The notes: generated by a model not told the origin, from the sequence alone. A stretch of DNA of 64,000 nt from Dehalococcoidia bacterium (GCA_965204685.1 OZ242004.1:79091-143090); one strand, 5' to 3'. Shown: positions 25,252-35,990, counted from the first letter of the stretch. Made by a program: numbers and translations.

Positions 25252-28200
25252 TTACCCGGACTGGGCCGCCTCGATTTCCTTCAGGGCGGCGGCCACCGGC
25301 ACCCAGCGGACCCAGGCGCTCCCCCGGTCCGCCAGTTCCTGCGCCTCCGCCGCCGTCATCGGCGTCAGCGACCCGTCGGAGACGCTCTCCCCAAAGGCCA
25401 ATAGCGCCCGGTCCCAGCGGTCGGTGTGGGCCTTGTAGCTCACCCACTGCGGGTCGTTGCGCCATTGGTACATCTGCGCGATGAGCGCCGCGTACTTCCT
25501 CGCCACCGGCGCGTCGAAGGTGTCGCTGACCCGATTGCCGTCGCTGTCCTGGGCCGTGACCGTAATCGTCGCCGTGCCCACGGACACTCCGGCAAGCGTC
25601 AGCCTGGAGAAGTCCGACGCAACGGACACCGTGGCAATGGCGTCGTTCGAGGACGCGGCGGTGATGGTCAGCGTGTCGCCGTCGGCGTCGCTGAACACAC
25701 CCGAAAGGGACACGTCCTGTGTAGATCCGACTTCCAGCCCGGACCGGTCGTCGATGGCCGACGCTACCACCGGCGCGGCTTTCACCGACACCATGAACGT
25801 GTCCGCGCCGGTGCCGCCGTTGCCGTCGTCGGCAGTGACCGTGATGCTCGCCGTCCCACGGGCCTGCGCACTCACCGTCAACGTGGAGTAGTTGGGCGCC
25901 ACGGAGACGGTAGCCACGGCCTCGTCGGAGGAGGCGGCGGTGATGGTCAGGCTGTCGCCGTCGGCGTCGGTGAACACGCTGGACAGGGAAACCTGCTTGG
26001 TCCCGCTCTCGTTGACGATGGTGGCCTCGCCGATGGCGTTGTATACCGTGGGCGGCCGCTCAGAAATGTCCTCGATCAGCGCGCGCTGGGTCGCCGGGGT
26101 GATGCTGTTAATTTTCAGCACCGGGTACTGGCTATCCGTGCCAAAGTCCCAAGGGTCGTCGGCGCTGCTGTCGCCGTCCAGGTCCACGTTCCAGTCGGCG
26201 TAGATGCCGGTGTAGCCGGTGGGTTGCCGCAACTGGTCCAGACTCACGGTTGCCCCGAATTCCGGGCCGGACCACTCGGTCTTCGTTCGGTATGAGTAAC
26301 CGGCAATGATCCGGCTGGCACCGCCCACGACCGATCCAACTAGGACCCCGTCCGGTCGGCCCACAGCGTAGGTGGCCTCGACGACATTGCTATTGTACCC
26401 AATCAAGGACCCCAACGCTCCGATGTTTCTGAGCGCCACCGGGCCGGAGCCAGTGACGCTGCCGGCGGCGTAGGCGGCTGTTACCGTCCCCGCGTTCCGC
26501 CCCACCAGACCGCCGATGTAATAGCCGTCTCCCTCGACGCTGCCGGTGGCGAAGCTGGCGGTGATGGTGCCCCTGTCGGTGTTGAACCCAACCAGGCCGC
26601 CAAAGTTCCTGCCCTCGCCGGTTACGACGCCGGTGGCGTAGCTCTCCCTGATGACGCCATCATTCTTTCCAACCAAGCCGCCGACATTGCTGTGAGGGCT
26701 ACGACCTCTGTAGGGTTGGGTTTCTTCAATCCCGGTGACGCTGGCCGTGGCATAGCTGCCTTGGATGGCGCCATAGTTGGTTCCCACCAGTCCGCCCAGG
26801 ACGGAGCCCCGGTTGGAGACCGCGCCGGTAACGTAGCTGTTGCGGATTTCACCGTGGTTCGTTCCGGCCAGTCCGCCCGCGTTTACACGCGCGCAGCCGT
26901 CCTGCGCCGGGCACCGGGACACGTTCACCGCTTCCAGACCGAGGTTGCGGATAACCCCGCCGGAGGCGACTCCCTCGAACATTCCTACGGAAGCCTGATC
27001 CATGGAATATGAGCCATTTATCCTGTAGTCGGTTGCGACGGACTGCTTCTCTATCGTCGAGTCGATGTAGAGGTTTCGGATGATGTGCCCGTTGCCTTCG
27101 AACACGGCGTTGTAGTCGTGGGTGTCGATGCCGATGGGCAGCCAGCCGTAGCCGGAGTTCCAGTAAGCGTCGCCGGCGTCAGCGCGGCCGTTCCCGTTGG
27201 TGTCGAAGTCCAGGTCCGTAGTCAATTCGTAACCGATGCAGCCCGTCTGAGGACAGCCCATGCGCTCCAGCGGGTTGAGGAAGCCCTCGTGGAGCGGGCC
27301 GCCATGGTCGCTGTATCCGTCGCCATCCACATCCCAGCGCATGGCGTCCAGCTGGGCCAGACCGGATATTTCGATGAGGCCGTCGTCGTCAGTGTCGTAG
27401 TCCACGGTCCGCGGCGGAGCGAGCGGCTCGACGGGAGCCTCCAGCGCCGTGGACGGTGATCGCCACACCAGTTGCAGAGTGTAGGTTTTCTTTGCCATTT
27501 TTGCGCTGTCCAAAAGCCATTCTGAGCCAGTTTCTGACCGAGCAGACCCCATTCCTTTGAACCATTGTGACCCGCCGATTTCAATGGTGGTCACGCCCGG
27601 GCTCAGATTAATGGACAAAGACCTGGGGGTGTAGCGATCCACGTTGTTCTGCATCGCGCCATCCAAAGGCATAGGACCAGGGTACACAACCGCCTGGCCA
27701 CGCACAAAAGCCCACGCAAAGCCGGCGCCGTATCTATAAGTAGTTAGCGGGTACCCGGCCTTGAAGCCCCCGGTGACCTGCAACTCCGTGACGCTGTCCG
27801 CCACATGCACCACGTAGTGGTGCCGGTCGGGTGTGAACCCCGGATAGAACGTGATGTCCGATGCCGTCGAAACGCTCTCGACCGTCAGGTGGTCTTCGCA
27901 CATGATGAACGCGATCACGCCAGCTTTGGGGGCGGGCCGGCGGTCGGGGTCCGGCTCGCAGGGAGGCATCAGAAGCTCTTTGCCCGTGCTGGCCGGCGTC
28001 GCAGCCGCGGCCGGCGTGCATGGCGCGCGCTGGTCGTCCGGATTCAGGCCGCCGTACTTCAGCACGGGATACTGGCACGACGTGCCGAAGTCCCAGGGGT
28101 CGTCGGCGTTGCCGTCGCCGTCCAGGTCCACGTTCCAGTCAGCGTAGATGCCGGCGTATCCGGTGGGCGACTGCAACTCGGAGGTGGTCTTACCTGCACC

Positions 28201-31200
28201 CACTCCGCTGGCGCCTTGGCCAGAGGCGCGGGTGTCCCAGTAACTGGCTGAGGCCCTGCCCTGGCTATGATTGAATCCGACCAGTCCGCCAACGTTTTTG
28301 CCGCCGCCCGACACCGGGCCGGCAGCATAACTAGCCGTAATGACGCCGAGGCCATCGTTATAACCGACCAGTCCGCCTATGTTTTCGCCCCCCCTCATGA
28401 CATCGTTTATGCGAACGCCATCTCCACCCGCGACGCGGCCTGTGGCATAACTGGCGATGATCTTGCCGACGTTGAATCCGACCAGTCCGCCTACGTCCCG
28501 CCCGTCGCCGGACACCTGCCCTGCGGCGTAGCTGGCGATGATCTTGCCTCCGGCTGCGTTGACCCCGACCAACCCGCCGACATCAAACCCCCCGCTGACT
28601 GAACCGGTCATGTACGCGCCGGCAATCACGCCCGAGTTCTGCCCCACCAGCGCGCCGACCTGCCGGTTATTTGTGAAATCGTCTGTGACGGACGCGGAAA
28701 CCAGCCCAACATCGCGCACCACGCCCGGATGAACGATAGTGTGGAACAGACCAACACGCGAGGCCACCACATCATTGATGTAGAGGTTGCTGATGGTGTG
28801 ACCGTTACCGTCGAATGTAGCCCGGAAGCCCGATCCATCGTCGTGCATGGGCGTCCAGCCGTTTCCGCCGTTCCAATAGGCATCGCCGGCGTCGGCTTTG
28901 CCGTTCCCGTTGGTGTCGAAGTCCAGGTCGGTGACCAGCTCGTAGCCAATGCAGCCGTTCTGGGGACAGCCCATGGCGCGGGCGGGATCGGGGAAGGCGG
29001 CCGCGTAGTGTTTCCGGTATTCAGCGCGGTTGGGGCTGCCGTCCCCGTTGACGTCCCAGCGGATGGCGTCCAACTGCGCCAGGTTGGAGATTTCGATCAG
29101 ACCGTCGTCGTCAGTGTCGTAGTCGACGCCCCCGGAGTCGCCGCCGACGGTTGGCGTGTCAGCCCGGCTGCGGTGCTTCAACATTGGATATTCGCTTGAC
29201 GTACCGAAGTTCCAAGGATCGTCAGCATTGCCGTCTCCGTCCAGGTCCACGTTCCAGTTGGCGTAGATGCCGGTGTAGCCGGTGGGTTGCTGCAGCGTCG
29301 CAGTGGGATGGCCGGCGCCCGCGTGGAACTGATGGGATCCGGGCGCTGGAACGGTCCCGAAGGGACTGCGATCTGGGAGATGGCCGGTAACATCGGTGTT
29401 CCAGTACGAGTCTGTCGTGGTGCTATCGTCGTAGCCGAGCAGGCCGCTGACGTAGTAGCGACCGCCGGACACAGTGCCAATGGCGTAACTCGCCGTGACC
29501 GGCGTGCGACTGAACCCAATCAGACCCCCAACGTAGTCGGCCCCGCTGGGAGAGGTGACGTTGCTGGATGAGTGACTGGCAATCACGTAGCCCGGAGAGT
29601 CGGAGGCGCCGACCAATCCACCGGCCCTCGAGTCGTAAGCGCCAACTGTGTTGACCACCCTTCCCGCCGAGCACCCGGTGATGACGGCTCCTACATTGTC
29701 AGCTACCAACCCGCCGACGGTGTTGTTGCCCGTTACGTTGCCGTTGAAGGAACTGGCTATGACGACGCTGGTTGACCTGGTCGATCCCACCAATCCACCG
29801 ACCAGATTCCGCCCGCTTACCGAACCGGTGGCGTAGCTGTCAGTGATTTTGCCGGCGTTGTGGGCCGACAGCGCGCCCACTGTGTAGCCTCCGGTCACGT
29901 TAACGGATTCCAGACTGAGATTGTGAACCTCCGCGCCCAGATCTACGTGACTGAACAACCCCAGAGAACCCCTGCCACTGTTGATGTAAAGATTGCTGAT
30001 GGTGTGGCCGTTGCCGTCGAAGATGCCGCTGAGCCTAGGCGGGTCCCAACCCTCGCCGCCGTTCCAATAGGCATCGCCGGCATCTGCCCTGCCGTTGTCA
30101 TTGGTGTCAAAGTCCAGATCGGCCATCAGTTCATAGCCTTTGCCCGGATCCGAATGCAGGTAGTTGTACAACTCAGCCAACGTGTTGATGTTAGTCAAGT
30201 TCGGGTCGTCAGTTGTGTCCTCGTAACCTACTGGAGCGCAACCCGGCTGGCCCGCCACCACCGTATTGAGCGATGTGGCGTCGTCGTTGTCGATGATGGC
30301 CAGTGTCAGCGGCACAGCCGTCAGGGAAGACGCGCTGGCCGCGGCGTTCAGGATGATGGTCTCGTCGTCATCGTCAACGGCGTCATCCACCACGGTGATA
30401 GTGGACACGCCGGCCGTGGCGCCGGCCGTGATGTTGACGGTGGCCGGCGCCAGGGTGTAGTCATCTCCCGCCGTGGCCGTGCCGCCGGTGGTCAACGCAA
30501 CGCTCACCCCGCCCGGCCCGGCCGGACTGGACAGCCCGGCGGTAACGGTAACTGCGGGGCCGCCCTCCGCCGGCGTTCCGTCGGCAGCCAGCATGAGCGC
30601 GGAGCCGCAGGCGGCCACTGCGGTGAGTTCGCCCTGGAGGGTGTCGGTACTTGCCAACAGGGTGTAGTTGGCCGCCTTGAAGCCGCCGTGATCCCGCAGC
30701 GAGTAGGTCACGCTCAGGGTGTGCCTTCCCGGCGTGGCCGCCGGGAAGGCTCCGCCCACCACCAGGCCGCCGGCCCGAAAGTCCGAAAGCTCCGAGGACA
30801 GCACGCCCACGCCCGTGGCGGCGGACGTGTCAAAGGTCGCCGCCACGCTCCCATCGGCGGGACGGCTGACCACCGTCACCCCGCCGATGGCTGTGATGGG
30901 TCTGGGCGTGATGGTGTAGGACGCCACCGCCGGACGCGACGGCAACGTGTACTTGTCCGCGTAGGCCGCAGCGACCGCCAGCGTCCCCATGTTGATGGCG
31001 TAGCTCCCCGCATCATTCCCCGCCGCCCGGGACAGCGCTCCCGCAACCACGTCTGCCGCCGCGTCGCCGTCCACCAGCCCGCTCACCGTGTAGCTGAGAT
31101 CGTCGGCGCCCCCGTACTCCCGGCTGGGACTGCTGGGCGTGATCGTCAGCGTGCGCGTCTGCGCCGCCGGCTGCCCCGGCGTTCCCTTCACCGCGACCCA

Positions 31201-33168
31201 CCGGCTCTCCAGCCAGTCGGTCCGGTGGCCCGCGCGGGTCCCGCCGCCCCGGGTGCGCCGCAGTTCCACCTCGTACTCCCTGCCGTTGGTCAGCCCCGTG
31301 ATGACGTGGCTGTTCCCGAAAACCTGCTCCCCTTCCGCCGCCGTGGCCTCCGGCGCGTCCTCCCCGTAGCCGATCTTCCAGCCCGGCAGCCCCACCTGGT
31401 TCAGCCAGGCGGTCGTCCCCGCCTCCCGCCACCGCGCCCAGTACAGGTTCGGCGCGCGCGTATCCGTATGGGCCTCCCAGCTCAGGGTCAGTTGCCCGTC
31501 CCCCAGCGTCAGGTCCACCCCCCTGGGGTCCTCCACCGTCCCCTGCTCCACGATCACCCGGTAGGTCTTGGTGTCCTTCCCGTCCAGGGAGGTCACCTCG
31601 ATGGTGATCAGACCGTAGCCCACGAAGGCCCGCCAGGGGCCGCTGGCCTCCCCGCTCACCAACTCCCCCTTGGCGCGCCGGACCTCACCCTGGGCCTCGG
31701 TACCCTTCACCACGATGGACTTGGCCCCGGGCGCCGCCGTCGTCACCACCGCCGTCAGGTAGAGCGTCCCATCCTCTTCCACACCTTCCTCCGGCCCCAG
31801 CATCGGCACCCGCACCCGGTAGTCGTACACCCCGGCCGTCAGCGCCGGACGCAGCTGGTAGGCCGGACCGGCGTAGGGCACCAGGTGATCCAGGTCCGGC
31901 TGCCGGCCGGTGGCACGGTGCACCGCCAGGCCCTGCAGCGTCGCGTCCCCCGACGCCGCCGCCGACGCCCGCACCACCGTCACTGTGTAGCTCCGGCTGG
32001 TGTAGTCGTCCGGCGCCGTGGCCTTCACCCTGATTACGTTCTCCCCCTCCGACAGCGGGATGGCCCCGCTGGCCTGACCGCTGACCACCACCGCCCCATT
32101 CACCGTGATGGTCCCCTTGTCGTACCGGTTGGTGGCGGTCACCCGCACCTCCGCCACGCTGTAGGGCGCCCACCCCCGGTACTCGCCCTGGCTCCCGAAG
32201 AAGACCGGATGCAGCTTCACCTGGGACACCCTCAGGTCCGACAGCTTCGCCAACGGCGCGTGGGTCGCCGTCACCCCGTAGACCCGCCGGGTCTGACCGT
32301 CCTCGGCGGTGACCACCACCTCAACCCGCAGCGGCGTGTTGTCGTGCAGGAAGAACCGCTCGCTCTTGGACCCGCTCCCCACCGCCTTGCCGTCCACCGT
32401 GATGGTGGCCCCGGCGTGGCTGGCCGTGGGCCGCAGACTGGCCCAGCCGTAGCCCAGCGCCAACGTGGCCCCGTACTCCCCGGTCTGGGGCGCAAAGGCC
32501 GGCCGCAGCGCGATGCTGCCGCTCCGCAGCAGCTCCAGCCCGCTGAGGGTGGCGTCCGAGGACACCGCCCGCTGCGGCTGCGGAGCCGGCTGCTGCGGCG
32601 CTGGCGTCGGCGTGGGCGTTGGAGTTGGCGTGGGTGTCGGCGTGGGCGTGGGTGTCGGCGTGGGTGTTGGCGTGTGAGTAGGGGTAGGAGTGGGCGTCTC
32701 CTCCTCCGGCTCTCCTCCCACGTAGCACGCCAGCTCCGCCTCCGTACCGGCCACCTCCCTGCCCTCGGCAGTCTCGTAAATGGTCTTGACCCGGAACCGG
32801 GTCTCCTTCCCCCTCTGGTAACTCCCCGGCCGGTACACCAGCGTGCTCCCCCGCAGCCGCGAGCTCTCCTCCTTCCCGTTCGGCAGCTTCAATGCGTAGT
32901 CGTAGGCGTACACCTCCCCGCCGGACCACTCCGGCGCGTCCCACAAGAAGGCCACCCGCTCCGTCTCCGCGATGCAGCGCAGGTTGGACACCGCCGGCGG
33001 CGCATCCTCCTGGGCCTGGACCAGCCCCGACGACCACAGCGCCAGCCCCGCCAGCCCTACGGCCACCAGCCCCGCCAGCAACAGCAGCGCGCTAAGCCGG
33101 TGCAACGGAGAAAGAGAACGGGAGATTCCGGCCAACTTTGCTTTCAGCTCGGGACTTGCTTTCAACAT
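25252..33168 (-). CDS. giant (2638 aa) modular surface protein, B-type (B1)
   Basis: The ORF track starts at 33273. ATG 33168 (MLKASPELK) is preferred: AAGGAT lies upstream and the start sits 23 nt after the stop of the preceding gene. Domain order, N to C:
- signal-anchor LSPLHRLSALLLLAGLVAVGLAGLALW
- FN3-like domain
- long (PT)n linker
- cadherin-like units
- FN3
- MBG/YDG
- one Calx-beta
- three Ca-loop+GLUG supermodules
- 2 Ig-like repeats
- C-terminal Trp-rich module. Confidence 0.9.
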   Translation of the reverse strand: MLKASPELKAKLAGISRSLSPLHRLSALLLLAGLVAVGLAGLALWSSGLVQAQEDAPPAVSNLRCIAETERVAFLWDAPEWSGGEVYAYDYALKLPNGKEESSRLRGSTLVYRPGSYQRGKETRFRVKTIYETAEGREVAGTEAELACYVGGEPEEETPTPTPTHTPTPTPTPTPTPTPTPTPTPTPTPAPQQPAPQPQRAVSSDATLSGLELLRSGSIALRPAFAPQTGEYGATLALGYGWASLRPTASHAGATITVDGKAVGSGSKSERFFLHDNTPLRVEVVVTAEDGQTRRVYGVTATHAPLAKLSDLRVSQVKLHPVFFGSQGEYRGWAPYSVAEVRVTATNRYDKGTITVNGAVVVSGQASGAIPLSEGENVIRVKATAPDDYTSRSYTVTVVRASAAASGDATLQGLAVHRATGRQPDLDHLVPYAGPAYQLRPALTAGVYDYRVRVPMLGPEEGVEEDGTLYLTAVVTTAAPGAKSIVVKGTEAQGEVRRAKGELVSGEASGPWRAFVGYGLITIEVTSLDGKDTKTYRVIVEQGTVEDPRGVDLTLGDGQLTLSWEAHTDTRAPNLYWARWREAGTTAWLNQVGLPGWKIGYGEDAPEATAAEGEQVFGNSHVITGLTNGREYEVELRRTRGGGTRAGHRTDWLESRWVAVKGTPGQPAAQTRTLTITPSSPSREYGGADDLSYTVSGLVDGDAAADVVAGALSRAAGNDAGSYAINMGTLAVAAAYADKYTLPSRPAVASYTITPRPITAIGGVTVVSRPADGSVAATFDTSAATGVGVLSSELSDFRAGGLVVGGAFPAATPGRHTLSVTYSLRDHGGFKAANYTLLASTDTLQGELTAVAACGSALMLAADGTPAEGGPAVTVTAGLSSPAGPGGVSVALTTGGTATAGDDYTLAPATVNITAGATAGVSTITVVDDAVDDDDETIILNAAASASSLTAVPLTLAIIDNDDATSLNTVVAGQPGCAPVGYEDTTDDPNLTNINTLAELYNYLHSDPGKGYELMADLDFDTNDNGRADAGDAYWNGGEGWDPPRLSGIFDGNGHTISNLYINSGRGSLGLFSHVDLGAEVHNLSLESVNVTGGYTVGALSAHNAGKITDSYATGSVSGRNLVGGLVGSTRSTSVVIASSFNGNVTGNNTVGGLVADNVGAVITGCSAGRVVNTVGAYDSRAGGLVGASDSPGYVIASHSSSNVTSPSGADYVGGLIGFSRTPVTASYAIGTVSGGRYYVSGLLGYDDSTTTDSYWNTDVTGHLPDRSPFGTVPAPGSHQFHAGAGHPTATLQQPTGYTGIYANWNVDLDGDGNADDPWNFGTSSEYPMLKHRSRADTPTVGGDSGGVDYDTDDDGLIEISNLAQLDAIRWDVNGDGSPNRAEYRKHYAAAFPDPARAMGCPQNGCIGYELVTDLDFDTNGNGKADAGDAYWNGGNGWTPMHDDGSGFRATFDGNGHTISNLYINDVVASRVGLFHTIVHPGVVRDVGLVSASVTDDFTNNRQVGALVGQNSGVIAGAYMTGSVSGGFDVGGLVGVNAAGGKIIASYAAGQVSGDGRDVGGLVGFNVGKIIASYATGRVAGGDGVRINDVMRGGENIGGLVGYNDGLGVITASYAAGPVSGGGKNVGGLVGFNHSQGRASASYWDTRASGQGASGVGAGKTTSELQSPTGYAGIYADWNVDLDGDGNADDPWDFGTSCQYPVLKYGGLNPDDQRAPCTPAAAATPASTGKELLMPPCEPDPDRRPAPKAGVIAFIMCEDHLTVESVSTASDITFYPGFTPDRHHYVVHVADSVTELQVTGGFKAGYPLTTYRYGAGFAWAFVRGQAVVYPGPMPLDGAMQNNVDRYTPRSLSINLSPGVTTIEIGGSQWFKGMGSARSETGSEWLLDSAKMAKKTYTLQLVWRSPSTALEAPVEPLAPPRTVDYDTDDDGLIEISGLAQLDAMRWDVDGDGYSDHGGPLHEGFLNPLERMGCPQTGCIGYELTTDLDFDTNGNGRADAGDAYWNSGYGWLPIGIDTHDYNAVFEGNGHIIRNLYIDSTIEKQSVATDYRINGSYSMDQASVGMFEGVASGGVIRNLGLEAVNVSRCPAQDGCARVNAGGLAGTNHGEIRNSYVTGAVSNRGSVLGGLVGTNYGAIQGSYATASVTGIEETQPYRGRSPHSNVGGLVGKNDGVIRESYATGVVTGEGRNFGGLVGFNTDRGTITASFATGSVEGDGYYIGGLVGRNAGTVTAAYAAGSVTGSGPVALRNIGALGSLIGYNSNVVEATYAVGRPDGVLVGSVVGGASRIIAGYSYRTKTEWSGPEFGATVSLDQLRQPTGYTGIYADWNVDLDGDSSADDPWDFGTDSQYPVLKINSITPATQRALIEDISERPPTVYNAIGEATIVNESGTKQVSLSSVFTDADGDSLTITAASSDEAVATVSVAPNYSTLTVSAQARGTASITVTADDGNGGTGADTFMVSVKAAPVVASAIDDRSGLEVGSTQDVSLSGVFSDADGDTLTITAASSNDAIATVSVASDFSRLTLAGVSVGTATITVTAQDSDGNRVSDTFDAPVARKYAALIAQMYQWRNDPQWVSYKAHTDRWDRALLAFGESVSDGSLTPMTAAEAQELADRGSAWVRWVPVAAALKEIEAAQSG

Positions 33169-33191
33169 GGCGTTGTATCCTTGCGGGTAGG

Positions 33192-35990
33192 TTACGGGTG
33201 GGTGGATTCCGGCAGAGTGATGCTGGCGTGCACTCGCTCGCCTTTGCCGGCCTCGTTTTTGGCCCGCACCCAAACTCTGTAGCTCGTGCCCGCTTCCAGC
33301 TTCTTGAAGGTTGCGGTCGTCTTATGGGCCTTGTTGTTCTTGGTCGTGCCCTTGCCGCCGCTTTCGGGCTTGACGTGGGCGATGTAGTGGTTGGGGGCGC
33401 CGCCGCGATCCGGGGCCTCCCAGGTGACGGTTATTGCGTCCGCCGTGGCCGTCAGTTCCAGATTCACCACCGGGCCGGGCCGGGTTGCCGCATCTTGCGT
33501 GACCACCGACGCGTCGAATTCATCGCTGATCCGGTTGCCGTCGGCGTCCTGGGCCGTAACGGTGATGGTCGCCGTGCCTTCGGCCACGCCGGAAAGGGTC
33601 AGCTTGGAGCCGTCGGAGTCCACGGTCGCGGTGGCTACGGCGTCGCTGGAGGAAGCGGCGGTGATGGTCAGGGCGTCACCGTCAGCGTCGCTGAAAACGC
33701 CGGACAGAGACACGTCCTGCGTGGCATCCACCTCCAGGCCGCTCACGTCGGCCAGGGGCCGGGCCACCACCGGCGTAGCCTTCACCGTGACGTTGAAAGC
33801 ATCCGAAACTGAGCCGCCTCTGCCGTCGGCGGCGGTGACCGTGATGGTTGTCGTTCCCCGGGTCTGGGCGCTCACCGTCAGCGTGAGGTAGCCGGGGGCG
33901 ATGGACACCGTGGCCCTGGCTTCATCCGAGGATACGGCGGTGATAGTCAGGTTATCGTAGTCGGCGTCGCTGAACACGCCGGACAGGGAAACCGTCTGCG
34001 TACCGCTCTCGTGAAGGATGGTGGCGTCTGAGATGGCGCTGGACACCGTGGGCGCCCGGTTGGGCGCGGCCTGCTGCTCCTGCGGTGGCGTGCAGGTAGC
34101 GCGCTGGTCGTCCGGGTCCAGGCTGCCGTATTTCAGGACGGGGTACTGGCAGGCGTTGCCGAAGTCCCAGGGGTCATCGCTGCTACCGTCGTCGTTCAGG
34201 TCCACGTTCCAGTTGGCGTAGATGCCGTCATATCCGGTGGGCTTCTGGAGCTGGGCGGTGGTTTTGCCGGTTCCGCCATTGGGCTTGGATATGCCCGAGG
34301 TATCGACGTCCCAGTAGCTGTCGGTAGTAGCGCCTTGGGGCACATGATAATTTCCGATCAGTCCGCCAATTTTGCCGTCGCGGCCGCCGGAGGGCTGGCC
34401 GGTGGAGTAACTGGCAATTATGGTTCCTCTGGCATATCCGATCAGACCGCCGGCTGCATCACTGTGGAGGGGGGTTTCGGGAAAGGCGGGGTCGGCGATC
34501 TCGCCGGCGGCGGATGGGTTGCCGGTAGCGTAACTGGCAACGACTGTGCCGGACGGGTAATTTTCCTCGTGGGGCATATATCCAATCAGACCGCCGACGT
34601 TGTAACTGCCGGACACGTTGCCGGTGGCGTAACTGGCGGCAGTGAAGTCTCCCTTTGAGCTCAGTCCTACCAGGCCTCCAATCCCGCGGCCGGCGGAGGA
34701 CACGTCGCCTGTGGCGTAGCTGGAGATGATGGAGCCGCCTTCGTTGGTACCGACCAGCCCGCCCACGTCATCGGTTTCTCCGGTCACGCCGGCCGTGGAG
34801 TGGCTGTCAACTATCAGACTGGATTCCAGGGCGGCTCCAACCAGCCCGCCAACGCTGTTGATGCCGGACACCGTGCCGGTTGCGTAGCTGTCGCGGATGG
34901 TTCCGTAATTTCTCCCGACCAGGCCGCCGACGTGAGCGCTCTTGCTGGATACGTTCACGGCTTCCAGCCCCACGTTGCGAATTATGCTGCCGTCTCTGGC
35001 AAACTCAAACAAACCGACCGCCCAATAATATTCAAGGCGGATATGCAGGTTACTGATGGTGTAGTCGTTTCCCTCAAAGATGACCTCGGTTCCCTGGGTT
35101 CCAAACTCCAAGGGCAGCCAGCCTTGACCGTCGTTCCAGTAGGCGTCATCTGCGTTGACCTCCCCGTCCTCGTTGGTGTCGAAGTCCAGGTCGGCGGTCA
35201 GTTCATAGCCCTTGCATCCCGTCTGGGGGCAGCCCATGCCGGCCACGGCGTTGGAAAAGGCGGCGGCGTAGCGGTTGGCGTCCTTGGCAGCGCCGTCGCC
35301 GTCCGGGTCCCACCGGATGGCGTGCAACTGGGGCAGACAGGACACTTCAATGAGGCCGTCGTCGTCGGAATCATAGTCGCCGCTGCCGGGCGTATCAGTG
35401 CAGAGAGTATCAACAATCGTGGGTTCCGGGGGTTCCGTGGGCTCGTCGTTGTCCTTGATGGTAAGGGTAAGGGGTGACGCGGTGAGGGAGAGGGCGGCAA
35501 CCGTGGCGTTGAGGACGATGGTCTCGTCATCATCGTCAGTCCCGTCGTCGATGATGGCGATGTAGGTGAAGCCGGCTGTCGCGCCGGCTGGGATCTTGAT
35601 GGGATCGGACGACAGGTTGTAGTCGGCGTTGATGGTGGCGGTGCCGCCGGCGGTCAGGGGAACGGTGACGCCGTCCGAGCCGGCCGGGCTGTCCAGGACG
35701 GCGACCACGGTAATCCAGGGTTTCATCCCCTCGGCCGGCGCTCTGCTGGCGCCCAGCATGAGCGTGGAGGGCGCGGCCGGGGTCACAGCAAGCTGGCCTT
35801 GCGGCGTGACAGGGGTGGGATCGTAGCCCGCTCCCCGGGCGGTTCCGGACGGGTACAGCAGCAGCCCTGCCAGCAGCACGACGGCCAGCAGCAGCGCCGC
35901 GCCGTAGCAGCGCCGGGGCGGTGGGGGCCAACGAAGTCGATGAAGCGAGAGAGCAGGACGGAGAATCAGGGGCGGCTTTGCTTTCAACAT
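33192..35990 (-). CDS. 932-aa family member C (Calx-beta + one Ca-loop/GLUG supermodule + 2 Ig-like repeats + C-terminal FN3)
   Basis: ATG 35990 (MLKAKPPLIL) has AAGGAA upstream; its leader and first codons parallel those of B1. Signal-anchor is ALSLHRLRW..AALLLAVVLLAGLLL. Motifs seen: GGTATINADYNL..DDDDETIVLNA; DYDSDDDGLIEVSCLPQLHAIRWDPDGDG; GLUG repeats; FN3 ITVTWEAPD..YRVWVRAKN. Confidence 0.9.
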   Translation of the reverse strand: MLKAKPPLILRPALSLHRLRWPPPPRRCYGAALLLAVVLLAGLLLYPSGTARGAGYDPTPVTPQGQLAVTPAAPSTLMLGASRAPAEGMKPWITVVAVLDSPAGSDGVTVPLTAGGTATINADYNLSSDPIKIPAGATAGFTYIAIIDDGTDDDDETIVLNATVAALSLTASPLTLTIKDNDEPTEPPEPTIVDTLCTDTPGSGDYDSDDDGLIEVSCLPQLHAIRWDPDGDGAAKDANRYAAAFSNAVAGMGCPQTGCKGYELTADLDFDTNEDGEVNADDAYWNDGQGWLPLEFGTQGTEVIFEGNDYTISNLHIRLEYYWAVGLFEFARDGSIIRNVGLEAVNVSSKSAHVGGLVGRNYGTIRDSYATGTVSGINSVGGLVGAALESSLIVDSHSTAGVTGETDDVGGLVGTNEGGSIISSYATGDVSSAGRGIGGLVGLSSKGDFTAASYATGNVSGSYNVGGLIGYMPHEENYPSGTVVASYATGNPSAAGEIADPAFPETPLHSDAAGGLIGYARGTIIASYSTGQPSGGRDGKIGGLIGNYHVPQGATTDSYWDVDTSGISKPNGGTGKTTAQLQKPTGYDGIYANWNVDLNDDGSSDDPWDFGNACQYPVLKYGSLDPDDQRATCTPPQEQQAAPNRAPTVSSAISDATILHESGTQTVSLSGVFSDADYDNLTITAVSSDEARATVSIAPGYLTLTVSAQTRGTTTITVTAADGRGGSVSDAFNVTVKATPVVARPLADVSGLEVDATQDVSLSGVFSDADGDALTITAASSSDAVATATVDSDGSKLTLSGVAEGTATITVTAQDADGNRISDEFDASVVTQDAATRPGPVVNLELTATADAITVTWEAPDRGGAPNHYIAHVKPESGGKGTTKNNKAHKTTATFKKLEAGTSYRVWVRAKNEAGKGERVHASITLPESTHP

